Shown piece after piece: positions 1 through 13,022 of a stretch of 64,000 nucleotides of DNA. Every line of letters begins with the position of its first letter. The stretch's first letter is position 1. This DNA is from Octopus vulgaris (Eukaryota). The notes beneath the pieces are model-generated. The model had not been told where the DNA came from, did no database searches, and saw nothing but the letters and a program-made list of their open reading frames with translations. The position numbers were made by a program, and so were the translations under genes. Location: assembly GCA_951406725.2 (NCBI GenBank), contig OX597820.1, positions 47,740,001 through 47,804,000 of the forward strand, read 5' to 3'.

Positions 1-84
1 TGAGCATAATCCTATGAACCCAGAAATTCAAAACAGAGGGTTACCCACTTGCAAACAAATGTGGTAACATATAACAATATTGAC

Positions 85-525
85 CAAGGTTACCGTGGTC
101 TTTTTCGTAGGCTTTTCTTACCACGGATAAACCTTACTTGCTTTCCCTTTTACACCATACATCATGACGCTGTGATACACGATCCCTATTGATCGTTTTT
201 TTCCTCTCCCCCTTTTTCCTCTTTTTTTTCTTTTTTCATTTTTCTTTTCTTTTTTCCCTTTTTTTTTATTTTCCTTTTTTGTCTTTTTTCTTTTTTTTCT
301 TTTCCTTTTTTTCTTTTTTTCTTTTCCATTTTTCTTTTTTTTCTTTTCCTTTTTTCTTTCTTTTTTTCTTTTTTTTGTTCTTTTTTCCCTTTTACGATCC
401 CTTTTGATCGAAAACCTACGCCACCTTTTTTTTTTCTCCCCCAAAAGAAAAGCTCTACCTTGTAACTTGTCCCATTTGTGCGCAGCCCCGTGTGGCCAAT
501 AAAGAAATTTATCTATCTATCTACC
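85..525 (+). mobile_element. 3' UTR/terminus of an unclassified non-LTR retrotransposon ending AATAAAGAAA + (TATC)n
   Basis: Block 380-520 (ttacgatccc...aagctctaccttgtaacttgtccc...gtggccaataaagaaa) recurs at 29500-29640; both run into (TATC)n; pyrimidine-rich UTR-like body. Confidence 0.6.
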
Positions 526-548
526 TCTCTCTCTCTCTCTCTCTCTCT

Positions 549-589
<41 letters not shown>

Positions 590-591
<2 letters not shown>

Positions 592-830
592 GTATGTGTG
601 TGCTTTTGTGTCTGTGTTTGACCCCACTACCGCTAGATAACCGGTGTAGGTTTGTTTACGTCATTATAACTTAGCGATTGGGCCAAAGAGATCAACAGAA
701 TAAGAACTAGTTTTTTTAAAAAAGAATTAATGGGGTCAATTCGTTCTATTAAAATTTCTTCAAGGCGGTGCCCCAGCATGGTCACAGTCAAAGGCATTAC
801 TGAAAGAAGTAAAAGATCAAAGATAAAGAA
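590..830 (+). mobile_element. SINE family A, 3' half
   Basis: Matches the 3' half of the full copies (tttacgtc..taacttagcg, ggcggtgccccagcatgg, aagtaaaaga tail). Confidence 0.8.
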
Positions 831-954
831 TATTCTTCCATTTTCCAGATCGTGTGATTTGTGAGGAACGGGCCAAACGAGCCTCAACATAAAAACATCT
901 TCTTTGTGGTGTTAGTAGCGTATTCTGTGGTGGTTTTTACTGACGGCGATAGTG

Positions 955-1207
955 CAGGGGATGGTGGTGATCCCTGCTGTACTCTTTCACCACAACTTTC
1001 TCTCACTCTTACTTCCTGTTTCTGTTGTACCTGTATTTCAAAGGGCCTTGTCACTCTCTGTGTCACGCTGAATATCCCCGAGAACTACGTTAAGGGTACA
1101 CGTGTCTGTGGAGTGCTCAGCCACTTACACGTTAATTTCACGAGCAGGCTGTTCCGTTGATTCGGATCAACCGGAACCCTCGTCGTCGTAACCGACGGAG
1201 TGCTTCC
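955..1207 (+). mobile_element. SINE family C, 5'-truncated
   Basis: Near-identical to 43296-43553 and to the reverse complement of 63352-63613. Confidence 0.9.
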
Positions 1208-2212
1208 TAGTGGTGAGTGTGATAGTGTAGTTCATAAAGGTGGCGTTGGTTTACGGTGTTGGTGCTTGTTTTGGTTTTCAGTGTAGTGGTGTATGTTGTA
1301 GTATTGAAGGTGATGGGGATAATGGCTGTGTAATGTGATGTTGATAGTGTTGGTGGTGCCGACGGTGGAGCTGTAATGTTTGCACAAATGGAGCTGGTGT
1401 TGGTGGTGTGTTCTGTTTTAGTGGTGGAAAATGTGATGACGGCGGCAGTGTGGTATAAGTAATGTTGGTTGTGTTGATGGTGGTGGTGGTGGTGGTGGTG
1501 CATGTTGTGTTATTGGTGGTGGTGGAGAAACGATGGCTGGTGTAGTGAACATTGTTTTACTGAAGGAGGTGGGGATGGTGGTATGTGTTGTGCAAATGGG
1601 GTTGGCGGTGTAAATGATATTGGTGAAGATAAGGATGGTGTTGGTGGTATTGGTGGTGTGTACAGGTTTGTGGGTTTTGTGGTTTTGCAATAAAGTATTA
1701 TAGGTTTGTTATAAGGAAGTTCGCTTTTCGATTATTTGAGAAAAAAACAAAAAAAACTAAAAAAAACTTTTATAATCACAGTGTACTTCCCCTACCAAAA
1801 TACCATTATCCCCAACCCAACATTCTTTAGGGACCACACCACACGGTTATAATAACTCCCTACTCTCTGAGGTATTAAAGTAGAAATCACTTTGTTGTCC
1901 CCTTCGGCTATCTTTACAGGATAAACACAGAGGTGACAGCAGCAGCAACTACAACAAGAACAACAAGAACAACAACAACAACAGCTACAACAGCAACAAC
2001 AACGAAGTAATAATAATAACAATAATAAAAGTGACAATAAAGGAATAAAAACAGTAGTAACTTCAATAATAACAGCAACAGCATCAACTAAACAACAACA
2101 AAAACAAGGCAGTGACAATAAAAGCAGTCGCTACACGAACAGTTATGACGACGATGGCAAAAACAACAGTTATAAAATCAGTAGCAGCAACAACAACAAC
2201 AACAACAACGGC

Positions 2213-2570
2213 GGTGGAGGCGCAATGGCCCAGTGGTTAGGGCAGCAGATTCGCGGTCGTAAGAACGCGGTTTCGATTCCCAGACCGGGCATTGTGAGTG
2301 TTTATTGAGCAAAAAAAAAAAAGAAAAAACCTAAGCTCCACGATGCTCCGGCGGGGGGTGGGGTAAACCCCGCTGTACTCTTTCACCTCAACTTTCTCTC
2401 ACTCTTTCTTCCTGTTTCTGTTGCACCTGTATTTCAAAGGGCCAGCCTTGTCACACTCTGTGTCACGCTGAATCTTCTGTGGGGTGCTCAGCCACCTGCA
2501 CGTTAATAAATGAGCTGCGACGTCACTGGTGCCACGCTGTATTGGCCTTTGCCTTTCCCTTGAATAACAT
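2213..2570 (+). mobile_element. SINE family C (tRNA head, internally deleted) fused to a SINE-D body fragment
   Basis: A box tggcccagtgg and B box ggtttcgattccc; 2507-2570 matches the reverse complement of 31297-31360. Confidence 0.8.
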
Positions 2571-2952
2571 CTTTCTTCCTACTTCTGTCACAAAGCAGAG
2601 GAACCATGATGTAACCCACTATGGTGTGGTAAACTTTCAGACCCTAGTCTAGATTGCGAATCCTCCTGTATCCCAGGATGGATCAGCTCTTCACCCGTTT
2701 ACGGAATGAGGATAACAACGTAGCCTCCGCGCCCGTGCAACCGCCAGTCTATCACGCGTGGTGGGCGGATATTCAAGTTGCCACACGCATTCTTGGTAAT
2801 TCTAATTTCGAATTAGAGATTATTCTTTGTGGCTAATGGCGTGAGTCCTGATTGGAAGAAGAAGAAGAACAACAACAATAAGAAGAACAAGAAGAAGGCA
2901 ACAACGGCAACAGCAAAAGCTTCAGTACCAACAATAACACTACCAAGCTCAA

Positions 2953-3215
2953 ACAGACGTAGCTGTGTGGTACGAAACTTGCTTCCCAGCCACATGGTTC
3001 TGGTTTCAGTTCCACTGCGTGGCACCTTGAGTAAGTGTCTTCTACTATAGCCTCGGGCCTATCAAAACCTTGTGAGTGGATTTTGGTAGACAGGAAGTGA
3101 AAGCCCGTTGTGTGCGTGTATATATGTATATGTATGTATGTATGTATATATATATATACGTATATATGTGTGCGTGCGTGTGTGTGTGTGTGTATTGTAC
3201 ATATATATATGTGTG

Positions 3216-3261
<46 letters not shown>

Positions 3262-3530
3262 TGTCTGCGTGTGTATGTGTGTCTTTGTGTCTGTGTTGTC
3301 CCCATCCAACCCCCCACTTGTCAATGGTATTGGCATGATTACGTCCCTGTGCCTTAGCGGTTCGATAAGACACGCCGATAGAATAAGTCACAAGTTCCCC
3401 CCACCACACGCACGCACACAAAAAGAAAATTAAGTACTGGGGTCAATTCGTTTGGCTAAAAATTCTTCAAGGCGGTGCCCCAGCATGAACGCGGTCCAAT
3501 GACTGTAACAAGTAAAAGCTAAAGCTAAAA
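2953..3530 (+). mobile_element. SINE family A, near full length, with internal (TA)n/(TG)n
   Basis: tRNA-like head, internal microsatellite and conserved 3' tail, as in 7712-8128. Confidence 0.85.
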
Positions 3531-3644
3531 GTAATCGAAAGAACAGCAACAACAACAACAATAACAAAAACAACCACAACGCGAACATCAAGAGTAAAAG
3601 CAGCTAGAATAAAAATTACAATATCAAAAATAACAAAAGTAACA

Positions 3645-3805
3645 AGTGCTATAGGTACGTGGTTGTTCGACCTGCTAAAAATAACAGCTAAATATACCTT
3701 TAAGGAAAAGCAGGACAGGCTGGAGATTACTATCTCTGATACACAAAAACAATGGATGATTATGGTTGGAACACTTTTTAAACATGGTTGACCTGGGGTT
3801 GAACA
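3645..3805 (+). repeat. Old dispersed repeat family (related copies ~14275-14430 minus, ~34700-34862, ~41020-41280)
   Basis: Recurring degenerate motifs ttcgacctgcta(g/a)aaata(a/g)cagc and gacctggggt(t/c)aacaa. Confidence 0.4.
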
Positions 3806-4234
3806 ATTACGACGACGACGACGACGACGTCGACGACAACAACAACAACAACAACAATAACAGAGACATGAACGCCGCTTCGTGGTCGCTCGATTTACTG
3901 GAAATAGAAGTAGCAAACAACAAAAGTACCATTACAACACATACAACAAAAACATCAACAACAGCAACAATAGCTACTACTACTATTATTGCTGCAGCTG
4001 TTGCTGCTGCCATGGTATCACATTTTCGTCCGCCCGTACCTTCTACGTAAACAGCTGTATTTTCATTTTGGAGGTAATCTCAAATATTTATATATTTGAA
4101 ACGTAGGAGATCACCATTCAATCAAAAAAAAAATATTTTAGAGAACAGCTGCTACTTTTATTTCCAATGTTAAATCTACGCTTCTTTCCAAAGTTGTTTG
4201 AATTAAGAAGAAAATAATTTTTATTTTGGTGTTT

Positions 4235-5043
4235 TATGCTTTTTCGTAGCTCTATTCTTCTCTATAACTTTTATTTATCGTTTTTGAAATTTGAATGAAT
4301 ATTACCTTTTTTCAGACATTTGATGTTAGAATGCTAAGTAGTAAGAAAATGAGTGTTTTCGACACCTGCTTCTGTTCGAAACATTTGTGCTGTGCAAAGA
4401 AGACGCTATATAACAAAAAAAAAGCACCGAAATGGTTTTCACGTTTTTAAGGAAGAAACATTTGACTTCATAGATCCTTCATTTTCCGGCCGACCTGGTT
4501 AGTCCAATGAAGATCGAGTGAACGAGCTCATCTACGATGATTCGCGCCAATCCAGGAGGCAATTTGACCAACAGATAGGCTGCTTTCATGATACCGTTGT
4601 TTGTTATCTTCATTCAATGGACAATCCAGCTGAAACGACACGACCAGTTACACGGCGTGTTTCTTCAACACAACACTCACCCACATGTCAACTAATTTGA
4701 CTAAAAATGCAATCCAAGAGCTCGGGTTGGAAGTTCTGCAGTCATCCAACCGTATTTTCCTGATACAACACCTTCAGATTCTATTTTTCCGTCGCTCTCC
4801 AGTTGCCTCCGAGGCATTGCGTTCAACAAAGTCGTGGAGTTGAAAGCATAGCTCAATGAATTCTTCGAGTAAAGATACCGTAATCTCTACTATCAAGGAA
4901 TTGACGAGCAAGTGAGACGTTGGCAAGAAGTCATGAACAATGACGGAGAATATGTTATTGACTGATTTGTTAAATTGTTGACGAAAATAAGGATTAAAAA
5001 TAGACGGAAAAAAACCCGGGGGAATTTTTCTGACAACCCAATA
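4235..5043 (+). mobile_element. Decayed, internally deleted mariner transposon
   Basis: Translates KWFSRFKEETFDF...SGRP (HTH region) and ...PYFPDTTPSD (YSPDLAPSD-like); right end ...tgacaacccaaTA resembles a mariner TIR; stops and frameshifts present. Confidence 0.8.
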
Positions 5044-5473
5044 GCGTTACATATTTCAATATTTTTCCCTTTCTTAGGCTCAACAAAGCATTTAAATTGT
5101 ATGACTTACATCAACGCCGAAGCAACTGAATGTAAACTGTTGATTTTCTCGGCTATCACGCAGGAAAGGCACCTGAAGATTTTAACATTGATTACCGGAT
5201 TAGATTAGTGTTTTGTGATAATACAAATGTTTCCATGTATTGCGCTTCGGGCAGAAATGAGTCAGAGTAACGAAAAGGAATACAGATAAGAGACAGATAA
5301 ACAGGTAAATAGATAGGTGTAAACAGAGATAAGTAGAAAGATAGGTAATTGATAGATAGAAAGACAGATAGATAGCTGAATTGAAAGAACGATAGAGTGG
5401 TAGATAGACAGATAAGCAGATAGATATACATGTAGATGTAATGATAGATGAAGAGAGTAAACTGTACATGCGA

Positions 5474-5477
<4 letters not shown>

Positions 5478-5520
<43 letters not shown>
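5478..5520. repeat. (GA)n microsatellite in a purine-rich tract
   Basis: Seen directly. Confidence 0.95.
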
Positions 5521-5525
<5 letters not shown>

Positions 5526-6086
5526 AAAGGAGAAACAGGAGAAGAAAGAGACACAGGGAAAAATAGAGAGAAAGAGAGCGACAAGGGAGACAGAGAAAAG
5601 AAAATTGGGATGTGATTGACTGTATCGATACACGCACTCACCGATACGTGGACACTATAGGGAATGAGCCTATAACTAAAATTTTCTCTCTTCCTTTGAA
5701 ATCAGTAGAGTACCAGTCAAATTCTGGGGTTAATTTTCTCCTTATTCCCTCACTGTTGCACATGTAACTCAAAAGGTACCGCCTTGTTACTTTCGACTCA
5801 CTGACTCTGTTATATGATAATTATGTTAAGCGTACATACTTCTGTGGAATATTCAACCAATTGCATTTAATCTCACGAGTAGGAATTCAGTTCATCAACT
5901 TTAGCTTTTGCCATATAAATGCACACACGCGCGCGCACAAACACACGCATACACACACACACACACACACAAACACACACATACACACACATGTGGTATG
6001 CTCCTGGTCGTCGTTTATCACAGTTGACACAGTCCCTTCTAGATTAAGTTAAGGTCGGTTTGGAAGTTCATATTTTAAATTATATA

Positions 6087-6327
6087 GGCGCAGGCGTGAC
6101 TGTGTGGTAAGAAGATTATTTCCCAACCACATGGTTCTGGGTTCGGCTCCACTGTATAGCACCTTAGGCAAGTGTCTTCTACTGTAACTTAAGGCCAACA
6201 AAAGCTTTGTGAGTGGATGTGGTAGACAGAAAAATGAAAGGAGCCCACCATATATGTATAGCATCCTCCATCACTTTAGTGACGGTTATACTTGTTGCCT
6301 TTCGGTTGTAAATTGCGAATAGCCACC

Positions 6328-6426
<99 letters not shown>

Positions 6427-6555
6427 CACACACATGAATATATGTGTGTATGCGTGTGTTTTTGTGTCAGTGTTTGACACCCGCCACCGATTGACAATCG
6501 GTGTTGGTGTACTTACGTCCCCGTAACTTAGCGTTTCGGCAAAAATAGACTTTTA
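6087..6555 (+). mobile_element. SINE family A, 3'-truncated, with internal (ATA)n(TA)n
   Basis: Head ggcgcaggcgtgactgtgtggtaag...ggttcggctcc; body matches other copies. Confidence 0.8.
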
Positions 6556-7112
<557 letters not shown>

Positions 7113-7309
7113 CTAATTTAGAAGCGACGCCCTTCACGTTCAGACCATCAGTTTAAGTGGATATTTCAAGAAATCACAGCTAGAGTAGCTTAAACACGTG
7201 GTGTACCTCTGGTGGCCGGCTATCATAAGGGAGATATTCCCTTCTAGGAGGTCATGTATTTTGAGTGCCAATTCTTCATTCTTTCGAATAGTCGGCACGC
7301 ATAATTTGG

Positions 7310-7470
7310 CACCCTGTTGGCTGCGATCAATGAAACAGCTTGCTCTTGAAATTAACTTGAAAATGGCTGAGTACTCCGCAGACACGCGTACCTTTAACGT
7401 AGTTCTCGTGGAGATTCTGCATGACTCAGAATGTGACAAGGCTAGAAATGAGTTAACTAGATGGATCTGA
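7310..7470 (-). mobile_element. Degenerate SINE-C-related 3' fragment
   Basis: gagtactccgcagacacgcgtacctttaacgtagttctc matches 63441-63479. Confidence 0.65.
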
Positions 7471-7711
7471 AATAAATTTTCTTGCTCAATGACACAAAGC
7501 GCCGGCGGCGGCAATCGAACTCACGACTTTACGATTGTCAGCCGATCTTCTTCTTCTCCTCCTTCTTCTTCTCCTACTTCTTTTTCTTCTTCTTCTCCTT
7601 CTTTTTCTTCTTTTTATTCTTCTCCTTCTTACCACTAAGCCACGTGCCTTCACGCAGGCACGACATAACACGAGGCGAATAAATTACGCTGAACTAAACA
7701 TTTTGCGAACA

Positions 7712-7882
7712 GGCGTAGGAGTGCTTGTGTGGTAAGTAGCTTGCTTACGAACCACATGGTTCCGGGTTCAGTCCGATTGCGTGGCACCTTGGGCAAGTGT
7801 TTTGTAGTATAGCCTCGGGCCGACCAAAGCCTTGTGAGTGGATTTGGTAGACGGAAACTGAAGGAAGCCCGTCGTATATATG

Positions 7883-7913
<31 letters not shown>

Positions 7914-8128
7914 ATATGTTTGTGTGTCTTTGTTTGTCCCCCCAACATCGCTTGACAACCGATGCTGGCGTGTTTTCGTCCCCGTAACTTAGCGGTTCGG
8001 CAAAAGACCCCGATAGAATAAGTACTAGGCTTACAAAGAATAAGTTGTAGGGGCGATTTGCTCGACTAAAGGCGGTGCTCCAGCACGGCCACAGTCAAAT
8101 GAGTGAAACAAGTAAAAGAGTAAAAGAG
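7712..8128 (+). mobile_element. SINE family A, full length
   Basis: A-box/B-box tRNA-like head, internal (TA)/(TG) repeat, tail ggcggtgctccagcacggccacagtcaaatgagtgaaacaagtaaaagagtaaaagag. Confidence 0.92.
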
Positions 8129-8151
8129 GGAGTTAGACAATTCATAATTTG

Positions 8152-8186
<35 letters not shown>

Positions 8187-8699
8187 CTATAGATAGATAT
8201 CAGTAATAACGAATATTGCATTCTTACAAACTTCAAATGCTGTCATATTTATAAGTTGGAGAAAATCTGCATCATATCATTTTATTCATTTTTCTTTTAA
8301 GTGGTTTCGTCTGCAAAAAAAGGGCTTTACTGAAGGTTTTTCACAGTCAAACCTTCCACTAGAAGCATGCTAAAGTTGTATATTGAAAAGGGATCACATT
8401 ATATTTCCACTTTTTTCTTTGCTGGGTGCACGAACCGGCGGGTGGGTTGGGTGGGTAGTTTTATGAAACGCATTTAAATTGATTTATTTTGTATTTTTTT
8501 TGTATTTTTGTTTGATTCCCTGTCTTCTCTATAATTGTCGTTCAATTTTTATGTTCATGGATTTCTTTATTTTTTATTGTTTTTTTTTAAAATTATTCAA
8601 TTTAACAAACTACTTGCCTTAAGGCATCGTTCATAAAAAGCGATTTTAACTTTCTTAACACCACTCGCACCAATCATACAATTACCAGCAACACCGCCA

Positions 8700-9119
8700 G
8701 CTCCACCACCACCATCGTCATAACCATCATCATCATCATCAGTCTTCTTCTTCTTTTCTTCTTCTTCTCCTTCCTCTTTTTTTTCTTTTTCTCCTCCTTC
8801 TTCTTCTTCTTCTTCTTCTTCTTTTCTTCTTCTTATTCGTCTTCTTTTCCTCCTTCTTTTTCTCCTCCTCCTCCTTCTTCTTCTTCACCTCCCCCTCCCC
8901 CTCCACCTCTTCTTCTTTTCTTCTTCTTCTTATTCGTCTTCTTTTTCTCCTTCTTTTTCTCCTCCTCCTCCTTCTCCATCTCCTCCTCCTCCTTCTTCTT
9001 CACCTCCTCCTCCTCCTTCACCCTCTTCTTCTTCTTCTTCTTCTTCTTCTTCTTCTTCCTCCTCCTCCATTATTGCTGCTGCTGCTGTTGTTGTTGTTGT
9101 TGTTGTTGTTCTTCTTCTT

Positions 9120-9212
<93 letters not shown>
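8700..9212. repeat. Compound trinucleotide microsatellite (CAT/TTC/CTC/TTG/TTA)
   Basis: Seen directly. Confidence 0.95.
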
Positions 9213-9216
<4 letters not shown>

Positions 9217-9897
9217 ATAATTCAGATGACGGAATGTTGGTTCTTTGCCTTCTGATACTTTCGTTCTGATACTCTCAGACACTTTCCTTCGTCACATGTT
9301 CTTTCCTTACTTTTGCCTTTCTCTGTATTAATGCTGTTCTGTATATATTGTGCTTTATCTATAAAGGCACCATCTTTTAATATACTGTTGTTATAATGAA
9401 TAATACTGTTATAGATTCTCTGGTTACGGAATAAGCTGTATACATTCTCACTACTATCATTTTAGTTTCTACGGATTATTGGTGGATGCTTATAGAATTT
9501 ATTTGAATATGCTACAATACTGACAAGATTCACTTTAGGAGTAGTTTTTACTTATGTCTAAGAAACTACAAATTCATAATTGCCGTGTCCTTTAATTCTA
9601 ACATTTTGGATATGTTAAGGAAATCCTCTATTGTAGTATCCATTGCGTAACCATTCATACCTCATAAAAAGAGTCCGTTATCACAGTAAAGACCAAATTC
9701 TGCAGAATGGAATCTTTGCTAAAACGCATAATAAATTCAGAAGACATTTTGTCTGTAAGAAAAACCTAACTTCCTATTACAGTCGTTTGCAGTTTCGAGT
9801 GACATACTTGAATTGGGGAATACATGCAAGAATTTCCACAGTAAGTTAGGGAAGAATTTATAAATACAAACTGGCTTAAAATAGTTTATTTCTCACA

Positions 9898-10600
9898 TCT
9901 ATTATATAAAATCCGTTCTGTGTGTGTGTGTCTTTTAGGATCTCGGACATCCTCCATCCGATTGCGCTCAAATTTGATATGTAGATACCGACGGTATCAA
10001 GGAGTGTATAGGTCTTAAAAAAATTACAAAAATCGATTCCAGGTGAGAATGTGATCGATAAAGCTGTGGGAACGTGCATTTGTAAAACCGTTTTTCTGGT
10101 AATAGAAAAAAATCTATCTTTATTTCTTCTTTTGCTGGTGTCTCAAATTTAGGTTAAATCAGTGTTTCTCAAAGGGGAGGCCTACGGGACGGTCGGACAA
10201 GTTGTTTTGAAAAAAAATTGGTTTAAATGTTTGACAACTCAGCACCGTCCATTGGACGGGGGGGGGGGCGTTTTGCTCGTAATAAATAAACCTTAATCTG
10301 AAGAATGGCTGTGCATTGAAAAACTAATATGCATTCAGTTAAACATTAATTCTAAAACTGAATCAACATCAGTCAAATTAGTTGCCTCTGTGTATTTTAC
10401 ACACATGATACTATTGACATAAAAATATCATGTTTTCGCATGTGAATTGATCAATATATCACGGTTTCTGTGTATGGTTACAGACACTGCGCGACGTGTT
10501 TTCATTCACAACTAATCAAAACTGGGATGGATAACCATACTTCGATGCGTTTACGAATATTTTTGTTAATACGTTACCACGCATTTTTCCATTATCAATC
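9898..10600 (+). mobile_element. Non-autonomous Helitron-like element, 5' part (3' end not identified)
   Basis: Begins a|TCTATTATATAAAA followed by a short (TG)n and ccgattgcgctcaaatttg, typical of animal Helitron 5' ends. Confidence 0.5.
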
Positions 10601-11232
10601 GTTTGAATAATCGGCAATATGGAACTCGAAGTATTGATTCAAGAAGCTTCAGCTTTTAATAAAATATAAATGTACAGGCTCTACTTTATATATTGATTAC
10701 ATTTTTCTTCGAAGGTAAGCATAAACGTTTGACAACGCACACAAACAATATGTATGTATGTATAGATATGTATGTATGCATGCATGTATGTATGTATGTA
10801 TGTATGTATGTATGTATGTATGTATGTATGCATGCATGCATGTATGTATGTATGTATGAACGCATTCATATAGAGACACACATATATATATATAAGCACT
10901 TACGAAAAGACACATACAAAACAATCGCCTTTATAGCATGTCAAATGCGATAATCTCTCATATAAAAATGAATGACCCACATTCGCAGCAGTCATAACTG
11001 CACTCTAGTGCACTCACAGCACAGTTAAATTCTAATTCATTTTTGTAATGTACTACTACTACTACTACTAATACTACTACTACTACTAATACTACTACTA
11101 CTACTACTCAAACCAACCAGTAGTCGTGCTTATTCTTGTTGTTTGTATTGTCACTTCTTCGATTTGATATGTCTTTTAATATATTTTGCAATATATTTTC
11201 CTGGCTTTTTCGGCTATTTGTGTGTATACATT

Positions 11233-11330
11233 CCTTCTTCTTCTTCTTCTTCTTCTTCTTCTTCTTCTTCTTCTTCTTCTTCTTCTTCTTCTTCTTCTTC
11301 TTCTTCTTCTTCTTCTTCTTCTTCTTCTTC
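11233..11330. repeat. (TTC)n microsatellite
   Basis: Seen directly. Confidence 0.97.
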
Positions 11331-11899
11331 TCCACTCTCCTCCTACTCCTACAATTTTTAGTATTTTTTTCTGTTTTTTTTCTTTCATTTTCATCTGCCT
11401 TCTATTTTGTTTTCTTCTTATTCTTTACCACCATCTTAATCTCCGCCACCATCACCCCCACGTCATCTCCACCATGACCATCCCCATTCACACCTTGATT
11501 CCCTCATCTCTTACTCTCTAACTCAAACTCTCTGATTCCTGGTTGCCCCTCTCTTCATCATTGTACTCTCTCTCGTCACACTTCTCTTTCTCTCTCCGCC
11601 ACCCTCACCAACATGATTTATCCGTATTTCACAATTTATCATTCTTACTACTCCACCTCCGTCTTTTTCTCTTTACTCCACCCCAACACCCCCCTCTCTC
11701 TCTTCCCCTTTATTTGCCCTCTCCTACATTTCCTTGATCATTCACCTTACCTCTTTCTTTACATTTAATTTCGACTTTCTCCACTTCCATACATTTCCAT
11801 TCTCTCCTCCCGATATCGTTCCTATCGCTTCAGGTTTTCCATCTCATCCCATCCCCCTTTATACATCCTCCACCCACATTCTTAGCTCTCCACTCTCTC

Positions 11900-11930
<31 letters not shown>

Positions 11931-12477
11931 ACCAACGCATTTTCATTTGTATCCTTCCTCTCCGCCTATTAGTTGTGTCCTTTCTTGCAACCCCTCTCTC
12001 TTCTTTCTCTCTTTCTCTCCACTTCTCTCTGCTTCCCCATTTTCTCTAGCTTCACACCAGCTCCCATCATCTTTAACCTTATCCACCACCGCCGTCACCC
12101 CAAACTCTTTTCCGATTTCCCACTTCCTCTCACTCTATCTCTATTTCTCCTCCTGAGTTCCTCATTTTACTCAGAGACATCCATTCTCTCTATCGTTTGA
12201 CTCCATTTCAAGAAGAAATTCCATCGCATTGTGGCGTGATTATGGCGGTAGTTGTAACAGTTGTTATGGTAGCTGAAATGGTAGTTGAGGTTGCAGTTGC
12301 GATGGCTCAGGTTGAGTTGGTGTTTGTGGTCCTCGTGGTCATTGTAGTAATGGTGTTGGTTCTGTGGTTAATTAGGCTGATGACCGCAATCCCATTGGCA
12401 ATAGTTGCGGTAATAGTAGTAGTGATGTTAGTAAGTGCAGTGGTTAGTGATTGTAATGATTGCGTTTGTGTGTGTGT

Positions 12478-12530
<53 letters not shown>

Positions 12531-12565
12531 TGAGTGTTGTGGTTGTGGTTGCAACAGTTGTCACA

Positions 12566-12715
12566 TTCCGCCGAGCTCGACTTTGCCTTTCATCCTTTCG
12601 GGGTCGATTAAATAAGTACCAGTTACGCACTGGGGTCGATATAATCGACTTAATCCGTTTGTCTGTCCTTGTTTGTCCTCTCTGTGTCTAGCCCCTTGTC
12701 GGTAGTAAAGAAATA
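12566..12715 (+). mobile_element. SINE family B, 5'-truncated, young tail
   Basis: ttccgccgagctcgactttgcctttcatcctttcggggtcg...gtaaagaaata followed by GGTTAT. Confidence 0.88.
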
Positions 12716-13022
12716 GGTTATGAAGGTTTTCGTGGTGATCCTTGTAAATATGACTGTGAGGGTCGTAATTGCGATAGTTTTGTTTTGGTGGTTGCTGTTA
12801 GGATACTTCTGATGGTAGTAACATACATTTTGTTGCGTTGTGGTTGTTCTGTTTGTAGCTGTGATAGACGTGACAGTGATAGCTAAAAATGTGATGATTT
12901 TCATGGTGGGTATAGCAGCAATGACAATAGTGGGTCTGGTAGTACCAGTGGCGGTAGTTAAAATAGTTATTGTTATGTCTATGGTGCCCCTAACGATCAT
13001 GGTTTTAGTGTGGGTACTTAGA

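Noticed and set aside
10295-10335. ctgaaga...gaaa hammerhead-like spacing
   Set aside because: Stem II is out of register, with no stem III or cleavage triplet.
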